The position numbers and the translations under genes were made by a program. Below are positions 27,480-39,559 of a DNA stretch of 64,000 nucleotides, piece after piece; position 1 is the first letter of the stretch; each line of letters opens with the position of its first letter. Source of the stretch: Magallana gigas (lineage: Eukaryota); contig NC_088862.1 in the NCBI RefSeq assembly GCF_963853765.1, positions 5,952,001 to 6,016,000 on the forward strand, in the 5' to 3' direction. The notes under the pieces are model-generated. The model saw only the letters and a list, made by a program, of their open reading frames with translations. It did no database searches and was not told the origin of the DNA.

Positions 27480-28240
27480 GCTTTGCTATTTTGCTGGTAT
27501 TAAATACAGAACAAGCTAGGTAACAGTTCACAATTTATTATCTGCCAGCACAGAATCAATATACAGATAAATGTCAATTTCTTTATGACAAAAGCAACAA
27601 CCATATTAACCACAAAGTCCATGGGTGTTAAGAAAGGCCACACTGTCCTTGTTCTGCTATGGAAAGTCTGGGGGTCCACCGAAATACCAACACGCAAAAG
27701 GTGCATAACGGACAAGACGGGGGCCTTTTGTTGATCACAAGTGCCAGAGATGTCCCATGCTTGATAAATGTCATGTGGACGGGGATGAGTCGAGACATGA
27801 CTGTTTACCCGGTTTTCCGGTGATTGCTCCCTGGTATATACTCGTACTTGCTAACCTTGAGTACACCCGGTGAGCCTCCCCCCTTTTGTTAGAAGGTCGA
27901 GGGGGTCCCAAGTATGGCGTACTACTTGTGAACCCCAATCATTAGCACATGGGATGCCAATTTCCCAACACATATACACCGGCCCTCCGCCTAATTGACA
28001 GATGGGGGAAAACACACAGGCCAGACGTGTCCCGAAAAGACCTCCTATTAGGTCCCCCAGGACCCGCCACGAACATTGGTATAATGTTCTCCAATACCCA
28101 CACACACAAAAACCAGAAAAGAAACAATTACACCCCCCCCCCCAAAATGAGATGCGTTGCTAAACCAAAATTGTCTTAGAATTCCCTGGCCGTGTTGGAT
28201 ATAAATGTGAACAAGCCCCCTCCCAAGTTTTTGATGTACA
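27480..28240 (-). mobile_element. Probable terminal/3' portion of the DIRS-like retroelement whose gag lies at 54775-55620
   Basis: GC-richer block with a TATA-like site. It becomes contiguous with 54303 onward once the ISL2EU element and one AT TSD are removed. The left boundary is uncertain. Confidence 0.4.
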
Positions 28241-28322
28241 ATAGCCGATTTCCGAGATCTTATCGTCTTTACTGCGGAGGTAGAAAAGTTGCTGTCACGT
28301 GATCATTTGTTAGGCATAAAAA

Positions 28323-30562
28323 ATGGCAGATCAGCATCTTCATATCGGTGCAAAAACCGTCCCAGAATTACGCATTTTTTTGAGAGAAAGGGGGATCAGT
28401 TGTAATGAATATAGAAAGTTCACGTTAGTCAGGTTGGCTCAAGTCGCACTAGAACTTCAGTTACCGATCATTGTCGCGAAAGACGACTACAAAGTCATGA
28501 ACTTGAAACGGCGCACCATACAAAGTCTTGATGGAGAAGAAATTGTCGCCCCAGATATAACGACTATTATAAGTCGCTTTACAAAGAATCTTAAAGAACT
28601 TCCTTGTCTGGAAATATGCGATGTGTTGATATATTTGCTGCGATGTTCTGCCTGGTCAGATAACAGATTAAAGAATTACAGACAAGACAACGGCTATAAA
28701 CTGTACAAAGATGGACACATTAGTAATGTGCAGATGTACACCATTCCAAACTCAGATTATAATTACGTTTCGGCCACATGTGTTAGGGAAACAACTTTAA
28801 GCGAGAAACCGTATATTATGTGGATATTACAGGAAAAGGATGGCCAAGTAATTTCTGCTGGATGTGCATGTGTTGCGTAAGTGTTTATCACTACAGTACT
28901 GAATAAAAAGTTTAATGCATTACAAAATTATGTCAATAAAACATAATATTCATCAACACATATTCATTTAGTAATGTTTACACTGAATTTGCTTTTAAAA
29001 TTAGTGGGAAACTTATAAGACATGTACGGATCGGGGGGGGGGGGGGGTCCAGACCCCCTCCCCCTGCAAAATTCTTTTCTTTCTTTAAATTTTTTAAAAA
29101 TTACATTATATACTCACCAAAAATATGTCTTGGACCCCCCCCCCCCCCATAACCGGCAAACTCAAATAACCGTCGGACCCCCTCCCCCCCTGAAAAAAAT
29201 TTCTGGATTTGTGCATTTAGGATCTACATTTGCAGGGATGTATTGTGTATTGCTCATTGTTTTCAAAGTGGGGGGGGGGGCACTAATGACAATTTAAGGA
29301 GGCCTGCCCTGCTACATGCTTGATAGTGTAAAGATTTTCCAAATGTATTGTGATGTTTTATTTAGGAGCACTTTTCATTGTTTTGTAAATCAGTATAGAT
29401 GTATTAGCAAATATACACACTTTACAATTCAGATTTAATCATTTTTAGGGATGATGGAACGTGTAAGCACTGCACAGCTTTACTGTTTTCCTTGGCTGAT
29501 TTTTGCACTCACCATATGGACAGGAAGACACAAGTAGGAACAGATCGCCCGTGCATATGGGACATACCTAGAAAAGTGTCAGTTCCCACAAAAATTGATG
29601 ACCTTGATGTTAGATACGATAAAACTAATCCGTGCATTGCACCTACTTCTGCACCTCTTCTAAAGTTCATGAACAATCCTTGCGAGATGAAGAATGTCAT
29701 TTGTATAGATTGTGTAAAGGATCGGATTCTTTACTGCTTCATGTTCTCGAACCTCCCTCAGATGACAGTGATGAAGAAATAAAGGATGAGCAGCCACCAA
29801 ATATGACAAACCATATGAGTGAATTTATAAGAGAGAAAGTTAATACAGATTTTCTTACCTTTTTGAAAAGCAAATGCGATATAAATTTAATTAGTAAAAT
29901 TGAAATATTAACAAAAGGTCAAGGAAATTGTACTGAGTGGTTCAAATATCGTGAAGGCAGAATCACTGCCTCTCTTGCATTTTCTGTGTGTCACTTTAGA
30001 GATTCAAACAAAGAAGATAATTATATTGTAAAAAAAATCATGAACTCCAGCTCTGTGCCCCTTTTAACTCCTGCAATATGGAAAAGAGCATGAAGCAATC
30101 GCTCGACTTTTATACCAGGAAAATTATAAAAAAGAGCACATAAAAGCCCATATTGTTGAAAGTGGATTACATGTGTCCAAGCAATATCCATACATGGGTG
30201 CCTCGCCAGATGGACTTGTGCAATGCAAATGCTGCGGGAATGGACTTCTAGAGATTAAGTGCACATATACACACAAAGACTTATCTCCAGATGAAGTTGC
30301 TACAAGGGGCAACAATTATTTTGTTTATATGGACGACAACAACAATGTTAAGTTGAAAACAAACACATCTTGGTATTACCAAATTCAGACCCAGCTTGGT
30401 GTGTGTGACAGAAAATGGTGTGACTTTGTCTTTTACACACAGAAAGGAATATCTGTCGACAGAATTTCTTTTGACAATACCTTATTTGAAATGATTGCAT
30501 CAAAATCAAATTTCTTCTTCAACAAATATGTAATTCCTGCTCTTAAAAAGAAGTACAAATGA
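28323..30562 (+). CDS. ISL2EU ORF2: SAP-like + SWIM zinc finger + YqaJ (lambda exonuclease-like) protein, frameshifted as assembled
   Basis: Exon 28323-28876, intron 28877-29448, then 29449-30562. CACVA/DDGTCKHC is a SWIM motif. TKGQ..W...REGRITAS, GASPDG..EIKC and YYQIQTQL..CDFV are YqaJ motifs. Frameshifts near 29660-29740 and 30085. Confidence 0.85.
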
Positions 30563-31013
30563 AATATTAAAACACAATAACTTGTACCGGTACTTTGTTT
30601 TATTATTTAATTTTGTTTAATACTTGTGCACTTTTACAAAAATGTTCAAATTTATCACAATTCAAATCTGTGAAAAATTACAACCAATCAGCATGACAAT
30701 TTAATAGCTTTTTATCATGAATAAACAATACTCTTAAAATTTTCAAGAAAAATCAATACTTAAAACTTCTCTTCCAAAGAAATAGAAAATATGCCACTCT
30801 CTAAACAAGTTGTCACACTGACCAATGCAGACAGCGCATCATTTAATTTCAGCTTTTAATATAGATAAAGTAAACATAAAAATGTAACACAAGTTCAGAC
30901 ATAAACAACATCGCTGTTTATTAATACCATGATAACATGCAAATACCTAAATACAAAAACTTACAATAAGTTATAAGCATCATAATTATTCACTTAATAC
31001 ACAGGTGATACAT

Positions 31014-33284
31014 CTAATTTTTCACAAGAGGTTTGTCAATATTGCAGAAAAATGCAGCAACTCTTAGCATTTGATTACAAATAGGTTTTAATTTCAATGG
31101 AATAATATTTGAGAGTAGTTTGAAACACTTTAGTCTTTGTATTGTCCTTTCTACATGAATTCTTAAATTTGCTATTTTCTAGTTTTCCTTACTTCGCTAG
31201 CATTCAAACGTTTTCCTTTACCCCAAGGACACTTGTGAGTAAAAGGAGGAATGTTAAGAGTAGCTCTTCTCAAGGTCAAAAGGTCCCCAATGTTAAAGCC
31301 ACGATCAGCCATTACCTCATCGAATGGGTCTATATTATCTAAAAAGGAACTATTCTCGGTAATATACCTATCTGATACATTTCCAGACCACAAGTCTGAA
31401 ATATAGTTAAATGCACCTGAAGGGGTAATGATTACTAGACACTTGAAAGTGTTATGATGTTTGTAAGAGCTGTTGGCTGCTGACTGACAAGTAGGAGTTT
31501 TTGGCTTCTGAACAAATAATTCTGTGCAGTCTATAATAGCACAACTCCTAGGGAACGATTTCTTAAATGATTTTGGGATGTATTTGATATTTTTTTTCTC
31601 TAGACTGCCATTTAATACGTGGACTGAAAACATCGTGCATATATGATATCCAGGTAGTAAAAATTTGGGATACCCGGGTCTTTGAAACACCAAATAAATC
31701 TGCAAGAACAAATCCTACTATTCCAAGTCTTAGTCTAACAAGAGTTAAAATGAATTCCTCATAGGGACTGAGCTTCCGTTTGGGTCCTGGTTTTTTACCT
31801 TCCTCTTCATACTTCATATCACCGACAGATTTTTTTCCTGACCAGTATTTGAGTTTGCATTTATCTGATTCTATTGATGAAAACAATCCATCCAAAATAG
31901 GTTTACTGGGTAACCCTGTGTAATGTTTCACTGAAACATCGGACTTGATGACATTTTCTAAAAAACAGTCTCGCAACAATGCTTCTTTGTCAGATAGTTT
32001 TGCTTTCATCTCTCTGGTTTGCTGCTGCAAGAGTTCAATGCCCTCTCCTGTGAGATCTGTTTGTGTGGACATGTCAACAGGTTCAGGTCTTTCCCAGCTT
32101 TTTTCTTCAGACATGTATGAATGATCATGATTCACAACACCTACAATGATATAAATTTAGTGAAAAGAGCGATTTGCATATACTGTTGCATCTATGTTTA
32201 AATTTAAAACTTTCGTAGATAAAATAATTGCAGTATTATTATTTATCATTACAACATTTTATAAATGTAGCCTTACTGGACTTTGCTGCTATTCCTGGCA
32301 ATTTTCTGGATCGAACATGAGAAACTGTGTTTTCACCTTTAACAATAAGAAAGAGATAAACAATACAATACCATAAACCTGAGTTAGATGTGCAATTTAA
32401 AACATCAACTATAATGGTGTGCGACTAGTTCTCACCGTGTACCATTTCTTGCCAGTGCATTGTTACCGGTACCTCATTTTTCGTATATAATTTTGTGTTG
32501 ATAAAATGACGTAACAATGCACTGGCGAGAATGGTACTCGGCGAGAACTGGTCACACTCCAGAATATATATAAGTAAAGTTTTACTGCAACTGGTCAACT
32601 ACATGGGTATCAAAAGATCCGAGACATATATTTTTGATTTTACCTTCCATAACTGCAGTTACAATAACTTCTGCTGCAACTGGTGGTGCATTGAAAAGTT
32701 CAGTCTCAGTTGTATTATCATCCTGAAGTTGATCAAGTCGAGCAGAAGTGATGTTTCTTTTTTCTACAGCATTCTGTGGTCTCTCCTTCAAAGGGCGCAT
32801 GAAATTATTTCTTGGAAACAATGTTGGGATTGGGTTACACTCAGTAGGTCTTCCATCAACAAAATGATTAGAACACACCCGGTGATGTCTTTTTGGTTCA
32901 AAATTCTCTCTATTAATCTAGTAAATCAGTAAAATATTTGTATTCAGATAAATGGTTTATGGAGAAAATTCGGATTGACAGTTTGTCATGTTTACATTCT
33001 TTAAATCTAGAATAACCGACATTAATTTTCTGATTAAGATTTGCAAAATAACTGATTGGAATTTTATATACGTCAATAATTAAGTATCTTGGCTTGCTTT
33101 TGCAAAAACAATGTACCTGAGAGATCCACCGCTTTCTAATTTTATTGTTCTTTAAGCGGGTGGGAAACGGGAAAAAATCGACTCCTTCCATTGCAGGATA
33201 CTTTTCCAGGTTCCGCTTTTTACGTCCGTCTGACGTACAACCTGGGACAACACACCAGTACTTGGAAATATTTGGTTTAGCCAT
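31014..33284 (-). CDS. ISL2EU ORF1: THAP + HTH + Harbinger-type DDE transposase, frameshifted as assembled
   Basis: Exons ~33284-33117 (CVVPGC...FFPFP...RW), 32917-~32586 (VCSNHF, THAP) and ~32143-31014 (LTLVRLRLG..LADLFGVS; IIDCTE; MADRGF; RIHVERTIQRLK). Frameshifts in homopolymers at ~31590 and ~31173. Confidence 0.87.
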
Positions 33285-33316
33285 TAAACAAATTGTCCAC
33301 AATTATGACAATATTA

Positions 33317-33491
33317 TGGTGTTTATCTACCTAACACTATCTATATAATAACCGTGGGTTGCCCCGAACTCACCTATACATCTTCGCATGTAGCTGTCAG
33401 CTTCTGGAATCATCTGCACGAGCGGATTCCCGCCCTTTGACGTCATGGCTACTAGGTAGCTCGTACTAGAAATGGTTCCACGAACACCACA
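33317..33491 (-). repeat. Gypsy 3' LTR (175 bp, TG...CA)
   Basis: Three substitutions relative to the 5' LTR at 43134-43308. Preceded on the minus strand by the polypurine tract GAAAGAAGACGGAGGGGAG (33510-33492). Confidence 0.93.
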
Positions 33492-33852
33492 CTCCCCTCC
33501 GTCTTCTTTCTGGGGAGCCAGTCCCACCTACAGGTGGGACCACCGATCTTCAGGGGGGCAATCACGCCCATCCCAGCAACAGCCGGGATAACATGAAAGG
33601 GAACCTGGTCCCACCTACAGGTGGGACCCACAATCAGGGTGGCGCTACAACGCCCATCCCAGCAACAGCCGGGATGAAAATCAGCCGGGCGGCCAAGGCC
33701 ATATCAAAACTGGCCTCCGCCCGTAGGGGTGATGGTAGCTCACCCTACCACTCCTGGAGGATCAGGATGTGCACCCTGCGAACTCCAGGGTAACCCCGCG
33801 GCATCTCTGCCAAAACATACCCCCCGGTCAGGGCTCCAGGAGGGGGACGAGG

Positions 33853-34851
33853 TTACTCCGGGTTGGGGGCGAAACTTGCTCCTGCTCCCGGGCGCCAGGG
33901 CTCCCAAAGGACTAGGGAGCTCTCACTCTGCTCCGGAATGGGAATTTCCCCCACCTGGGGGGCATCCCTCCTTTGACTGGCCTCATCATCATCCGGACGG
34001 GGGTCAGGTTGGTCCAGGAGGCGTCGGGGTGGAGTGGCATCCCCATTGCTGGCGGCTGGTGGGTCGACGACCACTCCCCTAACCGTCGGGGCAGGAACGG
34101 GAGGGACAACCAGGTACCGCAGCCCATAGCGATACAAGGGGTGCCCGGCAATTGTCTCGTCCGAAAACAGGGCCCGGTAAGCCCTGCGTAACGCCGGGCT
34201 CAACCGGGAGACAAGGTATACCTGCACCCTCCAGTGCAGCAGCAGGGCAGGGTGGAGCACGCCCCACAGGCGGTAAACGCGGGGCGGGCTCTCCTGCACA
34301 AAATGGCACAAACTGTCCATGGCGTCTCTAAAGTCCCTTGGAACACCTGCACTAGGTTCCCGGAAAACCTGGAAAGTGGACACACTTTGCACTAGGTCAG
34401 TCAAGGTGGCCCAGCTTCCAATGAGATGGTCCGTCAGCCACTCGCACACCCTCAATCTCATAGAGGTGGCCTCATCCCCCAAAGGCACAGACCTACGGAA
34501 CACAGGGTGGAGGTGGTAGAGGGTCACATGGTCCCTCAGCTTGTGTGTCCTCTCTGGACAGTTGGGAAAGGGACAGGAAGAGAGAGGTACCGCCTCCTGT
34601 GGTGAAGTGGGCCGTCTCCTGGGTGGGCGGGACCTCTGGCACCCGGTTCCTCATCGTCAGGCGGTGATGGCGGCTCCACAGGGGGGCCAGCCATCAGGTT
34701 TCCTCCGTCTTCGGGTTGGGAGGGACCTCTTGCACCCGGTTCCTCGTCATCAGGCTGCGATGGCGGCTCCTCAGGGGGGCCTGCAATCGGTGCCCTTTCA
34801 TACCTCCACTCCCGGCGGGAGGAGGCGTAATCATCGTCGCTATCGGAATCT
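33853..34851 (-). CDS. Gypsy accessory ORF3 of unknown function (acidic/Pro-rich repeats, C2H2-like finger, then ~220 aa)
   Basis: ORFs 34536-34898 and 33853-34527 join through a one-base shift in a CT tract near 34585, giving CPFPNCPERTHKLRDHVTLYH. A strong splice-acceptor-like CTTGTCCTCTTTTTCAG lies just upstream of 34851. Confidence 0.6.
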
Positions 34852-37800
34852 CTGAAAAAGAGGACAAGACGATTAACAACCCCCCCCCCCCAACACAATT
34901 AGGGCAAACAAATTGCTCCAAGGTGGAGGCCTCCTTAGAGGTGACACCCACACACAGACCGTGAAACCATTCATCACAATGATCGCACTGTACCATCAAC
35001 TTCCTGTCGTCCGGGCGCCGACAGGTACAAAACACAATCTCATTAGAGGGGTCCGGACACGAGAGGCATGTGGGTGAGGCTATGTTAAGTCGCTTACAGG
35101 GACGCCCCCGACGTCTGGGGGGCAGGGGAGGACTGTCAAGAGGCCCTCTGGCAGCAGGGGAGCGCTTAGGGGGCCGACCTCGGTGTGGCCGCTGGCTGGG
35201 GGTGGAGTCCAGAGATTCGGGAAGCTTGCGGGCGCCCGCCGCCCCGGCAGGGGGGCTGGGAGCCAAGTCGCTCCCGGTCTCCTGCTTGGTACTCCCAGAG
35301 TTCTCGAAGTTCTCCCTTAGCCGAACTAACCATTGGGGGATGTCCCTGTCGACACACTTTTTCAAGCGGTCGTGATTGGCCACCATGACTGCCGACTTGG
35401 TCTTTACTCGGTACAGATGGGGGGTCAGCTTCTTGACGATGATACCAGGGCCCTTCCAGGACGGGCTAAGCTTGCGGCCATTTCCCTTCACCGTCGCAGT
35501 GTCCAACACATACACAATATCTCCTTCCTCAAAGGGGCGGGTGGCGGCCTTGACGTCGTAGTCTCTTTTCATCCTCTCCTCAGAGGTGTGCAAGCGCCTC
35601 CTGGCCGTCTCGTGAGCAGTCAGTATTTTTTCCTCAAGAGCACCCACATACGTGTCAATATCTGCAGGGCCCTCCTGCATGGGGGACCTGTACATAAGGC
35701 TGGCTGGCGTGTTGACCTCTCTACCCAGCATGAGTTTGTTGGCAGTGAACCCTGAATTACGGTTGACTGCTGAGCGCAAAGCCCCCGCTATCTGGGCCAG
35801 ATGTTCATCCCAACAGTCCTGGGCCTTATCGATGTAACACCTAACTGCATCCATAAGGGTCCTATTGTAGCGCTCCACCTGTCCATTGGCAGACGGACGA
35901 TAGGGGGTGGTGCGGGCCTTATGTATTTCCAGGAGATCGCACACAGCAGTGAACAACTTACTCTCAAAGTTGCGCCCCTGATCGGTAAATATCTGAAGGG
36001 GGCAGCCGAACCTAACAAAGAATTCGTCCACTGCCGCTGTGGCCGTAACCTCAGCTGTCTGGGAGGGGAGGGGGACACACTCTACCCACTTAGTAAACTG
36101 GTCCACCATTACTAGGACATACTCATTCCCCTTCGGCGTCTTAGGGAGCGGTCCCAAGAAGTCGAGGTGCACCCTCTCCATGGGCGCCCCGGCATGATAC
36201 TTTATCATTTCTGCCCTGGCGTGGCGCTGTGGGCGCTTATTTCTACTGCAGGGGCCACAAGTGCTAACAAACCTCTCAGTCTCCCGCATCATCCCATACC
36301 AGTAGCAATGCTCTCTCAGCCGGGCCTTAGTGCGCTCGATACCTTGGTGTCCAGCCGCCGGTACATCGTGGCAGAGACGCAGAACCTCTCTCTTCAGCTC
36401 TATGGGGACGACCAGAACTTTCCTTCTCTCCCCCCTCATCTATTTCTTTCCAAAGGACCCCATCGTTGTCCAACCGCAACAAACCCCTGTTGATATAGTA
36501 ATGTTTGACAGCTGGACTGGCTAGGAACAATTTACCTTCCTCTGGCTCCACATCTCCCTGCAGCCAATCCAAGATTAGGCTAAGCTCTGGGTCGCTTAAC
36601 TGGCTACGGCTCATCTCCTCGGGGGTGAGGCCCACCAAGGAAGGCGGGCCAACCAAGCCCTCCGAGGAAATTCCCATGACACAGGCAAACTGGGGGTGAT
36701 GACTTATCTGGAATTGAGACTGGCATGGGCCATCTGAACTACTCTGACCCTCACAGTCGTCTTCACTGATCCGGCCCAGAAGCTTCTTGGAGACATAGTC
36801 CAGTGCTGCCTCGCTGATAGAGGGCTGGGCTTCTTCTCGGTCACCTATGACGGGGCTCTGATCCTCTGTAGGGCTAGATTCTTCCCCCAACAAGGGGGAA
36901 TATGTCCAACTACAAGGCCTAGCTAGAGGGGCCACATCATCAACTTCTTCCGCAAAAGCCATCCAGGACTAGTGGGCTCTAGTACACTTTGGGCAGCCAC
37001 CACAAGGCAAATCACTGAGGTTAACGGTGAAATCCACCCCCTACACCTGGATGGGGGTGGCGGTTTGGACAGTGCGTCGGCGTTCACATGGCGCCTACCC
37101 GGTCTATGCTGGATCACCATATCGTACTGACTAAGCTCCTCGAGCCAGCGAGCAAGCTGATCTTGAGGGTACTTGAAGTTGAGCAACCAAATAAGGCTAT
37201 GGTGATCCGTGCGAACGATGAATTTACGACCAAGCAAGTAATGTCTGTACATGCGCGTAAATCTGACAACTGCTAGGAGCTCCTTCCGGGTAGTGCAATA
37301 CCTCCTCTGTTCGGCTGACAGGCTGAGACTACCGTAGGCTATCGGCTTTTCTTGCCCGTCCTGGATCTGTGAGAGCTCAGCACCTATCGCCCCCGCTGAC
37401 GCGTCAGTGTCCAGTACAAACTCGCCCTCTGCAGTAGGGAGGGCAAGGACTGGAGGTGAAGTGAGAGCTTTCCGGAGGGCCTCAAATGCAGTCCGCTGCT
37501 CTGGTCCCTATACAAAAGGTTTCTTCCCGGTGACACTGTACAACGGTTGGGCAATCTGGGCAAAGCCGGCAATGAATCCCCTGTAATAGTTGGCAAAGCC
37601 GAGGAACCGCTCCACATCCTTCACCGTGGCAGGCGTCGTCCAGTCCTTAACAGCCTCTATGTACTCTATGTACTCATCCCCCATCTCTACTCCGGTCCCG
37701 CTCACCTGTCTCCCCAAGAACTCCACACGTCTACGGAACAGCTCGCATTTCTTGGGCTTAAACTTTAAGTCGTATTCACGGAAGCGCTGAAACACTATCC

Positions 37801-39200
37801 TCAGATTGGCTAGGTGATCCTCAAAGTCACGCCCAAGCACCAAGGCATCGTCCAGGAATGCCAGGACTATACTCCATGTAAGCCCCCGCAGAACTAAGTT
37901 CATGGAAAGCGGAGTTTGCATCCAGCTTAGAGAACCAAATGTTCCCTGAGAAAGTGTCTAAACACTCGTCGATCAATGGGAGAGGGAATACATCCTTCCT
38001 GGTAACGTTGTTCAGCCTGCGGTAGTCCAGGCACCATCGGACTTGTCCATCCTTCTTACGGATGAGCACCGGCGCTGATGCCCACTCAGACATAGAGGGC
38101 TGAATCACTCCAGCGTCCAGCATTTTCTTCAGACGCGCCTCTTCTTTATCTACAAAGAATGCTGGTGTACGCCGCATCCTCTCCTTGATAGGCGCCGCAC
38201 TGCCAGTATCGATCTCATGCTCTAGAGCAGTAAAGTTTCCAAAGTCAAACTCGCTCTGGGCAAATACATCCTGATATTCTGACAACAATTCAGCGAGCTG
38301 GGACTGCTCCTCCTCACTCAGCTCCGCAGAGGATCGTTCTAGCAGATCCTGCAAATGGGCGGGCACCTTAGGGTGGGATCTCCCAGGCTCACCCTCAGCT
38401 AAACTCCGGACCGCTCTCCTAGGGCAGGGCGCAGGCACATGCAAATCAGCCTCAACTGCCTCTCCCAGGAAGCTCCCTTCCTTCAGAGTGATATCCTTTT
38501 CCGAGGCGTTCACCAGGCAAGCCATAGAGGCATCTCCAGCAGCATGGTAAGTATGGGGCATAAGCAACGCCTCTGACAACTTCTCTATACCCGGAATGGT
38601 CATGAATTCCGACAGACTCCTGTCCAGCTTGAAGGGGCACAATACAGCTGAGCCGGCACGAACGCAGACCTCGCGCACTAGCGTCATGCGAGCAACGCTC
38701 TCCGTCTCACCTCTACCATAGGTCATCTGCATCTCTTCCCCACATAAGTTTATCACCCCGAGCTCCAGGTCCATCTTGGCTTTGTGTTCCCATAGGATGT
38801 CCATTCCCAACAACATCCTGTACTTAAGAGGGGCCAAATAGAGATCCACCTGCTGAGTGTGCTGGTCCACACCAAGGTCAAATGGGCCAGCAACAAATCC
38901 CTGGAGATGGGCTCCACTTCCGGCTTGCAGCAAAGTGACCTGTCTCTTAATGGGGGGGCCTTGACTCCAAATTGTCATAGAACTTCCTCCCAAGTACACT
39001 CACTTCTGCCCCGGTATCCACCACAGCTTCAATGGGGGCTCCCTGGATCCTCAGCTTTATGGTAAATGCCGTCCGTGGGCAAAGCTGGCTTACTGTAACA
39101 CACAACTCCCCCTCCATAGGGACTGCCTGTGGGTTCGAAGGCGTCCGACTTCCATCCTCGCTGTTTCCAGGGGGTCCGGACTCTAAGGTCGTATCCTCCC
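34694..39200 (-). pseudogene. Gypsy pol: protease, RT (internally deleted), RNase H, integrase + AT-hooks + PHD finger
   Basis: VVDTGA (protease); WASAPVL..RWCLDYRRLN, FLDD (RT); DTDAS..ELLA (RNase H); CH..GH..C..C, LDF, TDQG, QVER (integrase); PHD C4HC3 at 34893-35032. Several frameshifts. Confidence 0.92.
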
Positions 39201-39559
39201 TCGGCGGCTCCTGCAGCTCCAGACTGTGGTCTACTGGAGTCAGGATCTCATCAATAGGAACCGGAGGTTCCTCCTCTTTGGTCAGCAGCTCCTCCACAGG
39301 AAAGGGTTCAGGTATGGGTTGATTCCTGAAACGCACTCCGAATCCACCACGCCGCTTGGAATGCTTAAGGCAGGAGCGACGGGTTTCCCCTGACTGACCA
39401 AACTCTGGCTTCACACTCTGCAGGTCCTCTTGACTGTCGTCTGTTCTCTGTCTCTCCAACCCAACATCGCGGTCAGGCGTCAGCGTACGCACAGTCCTTG
39501 GTGGCTGGTTGTCTCTCCCTCCCCTGCCGCTATATCTGGATCCTCCGGAAGTGCCTGGT

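Noticed and set aside
28243-33316. KolobokP assignment for the THAP/DDE + YqaJ element
   Set aside because: KolobokP also pairs a DDE transposase with a lambda-exonuclease-like gene, but it has long terminal direct repeats and a TTAA TSD. Here there are short TIRs, an AT TSD and a Harbinger-type DDE, which fit ISL2EU.
33853-34527. env gene
   Set aside because: No signal peptide, furin site or transmembrane segment is visible.
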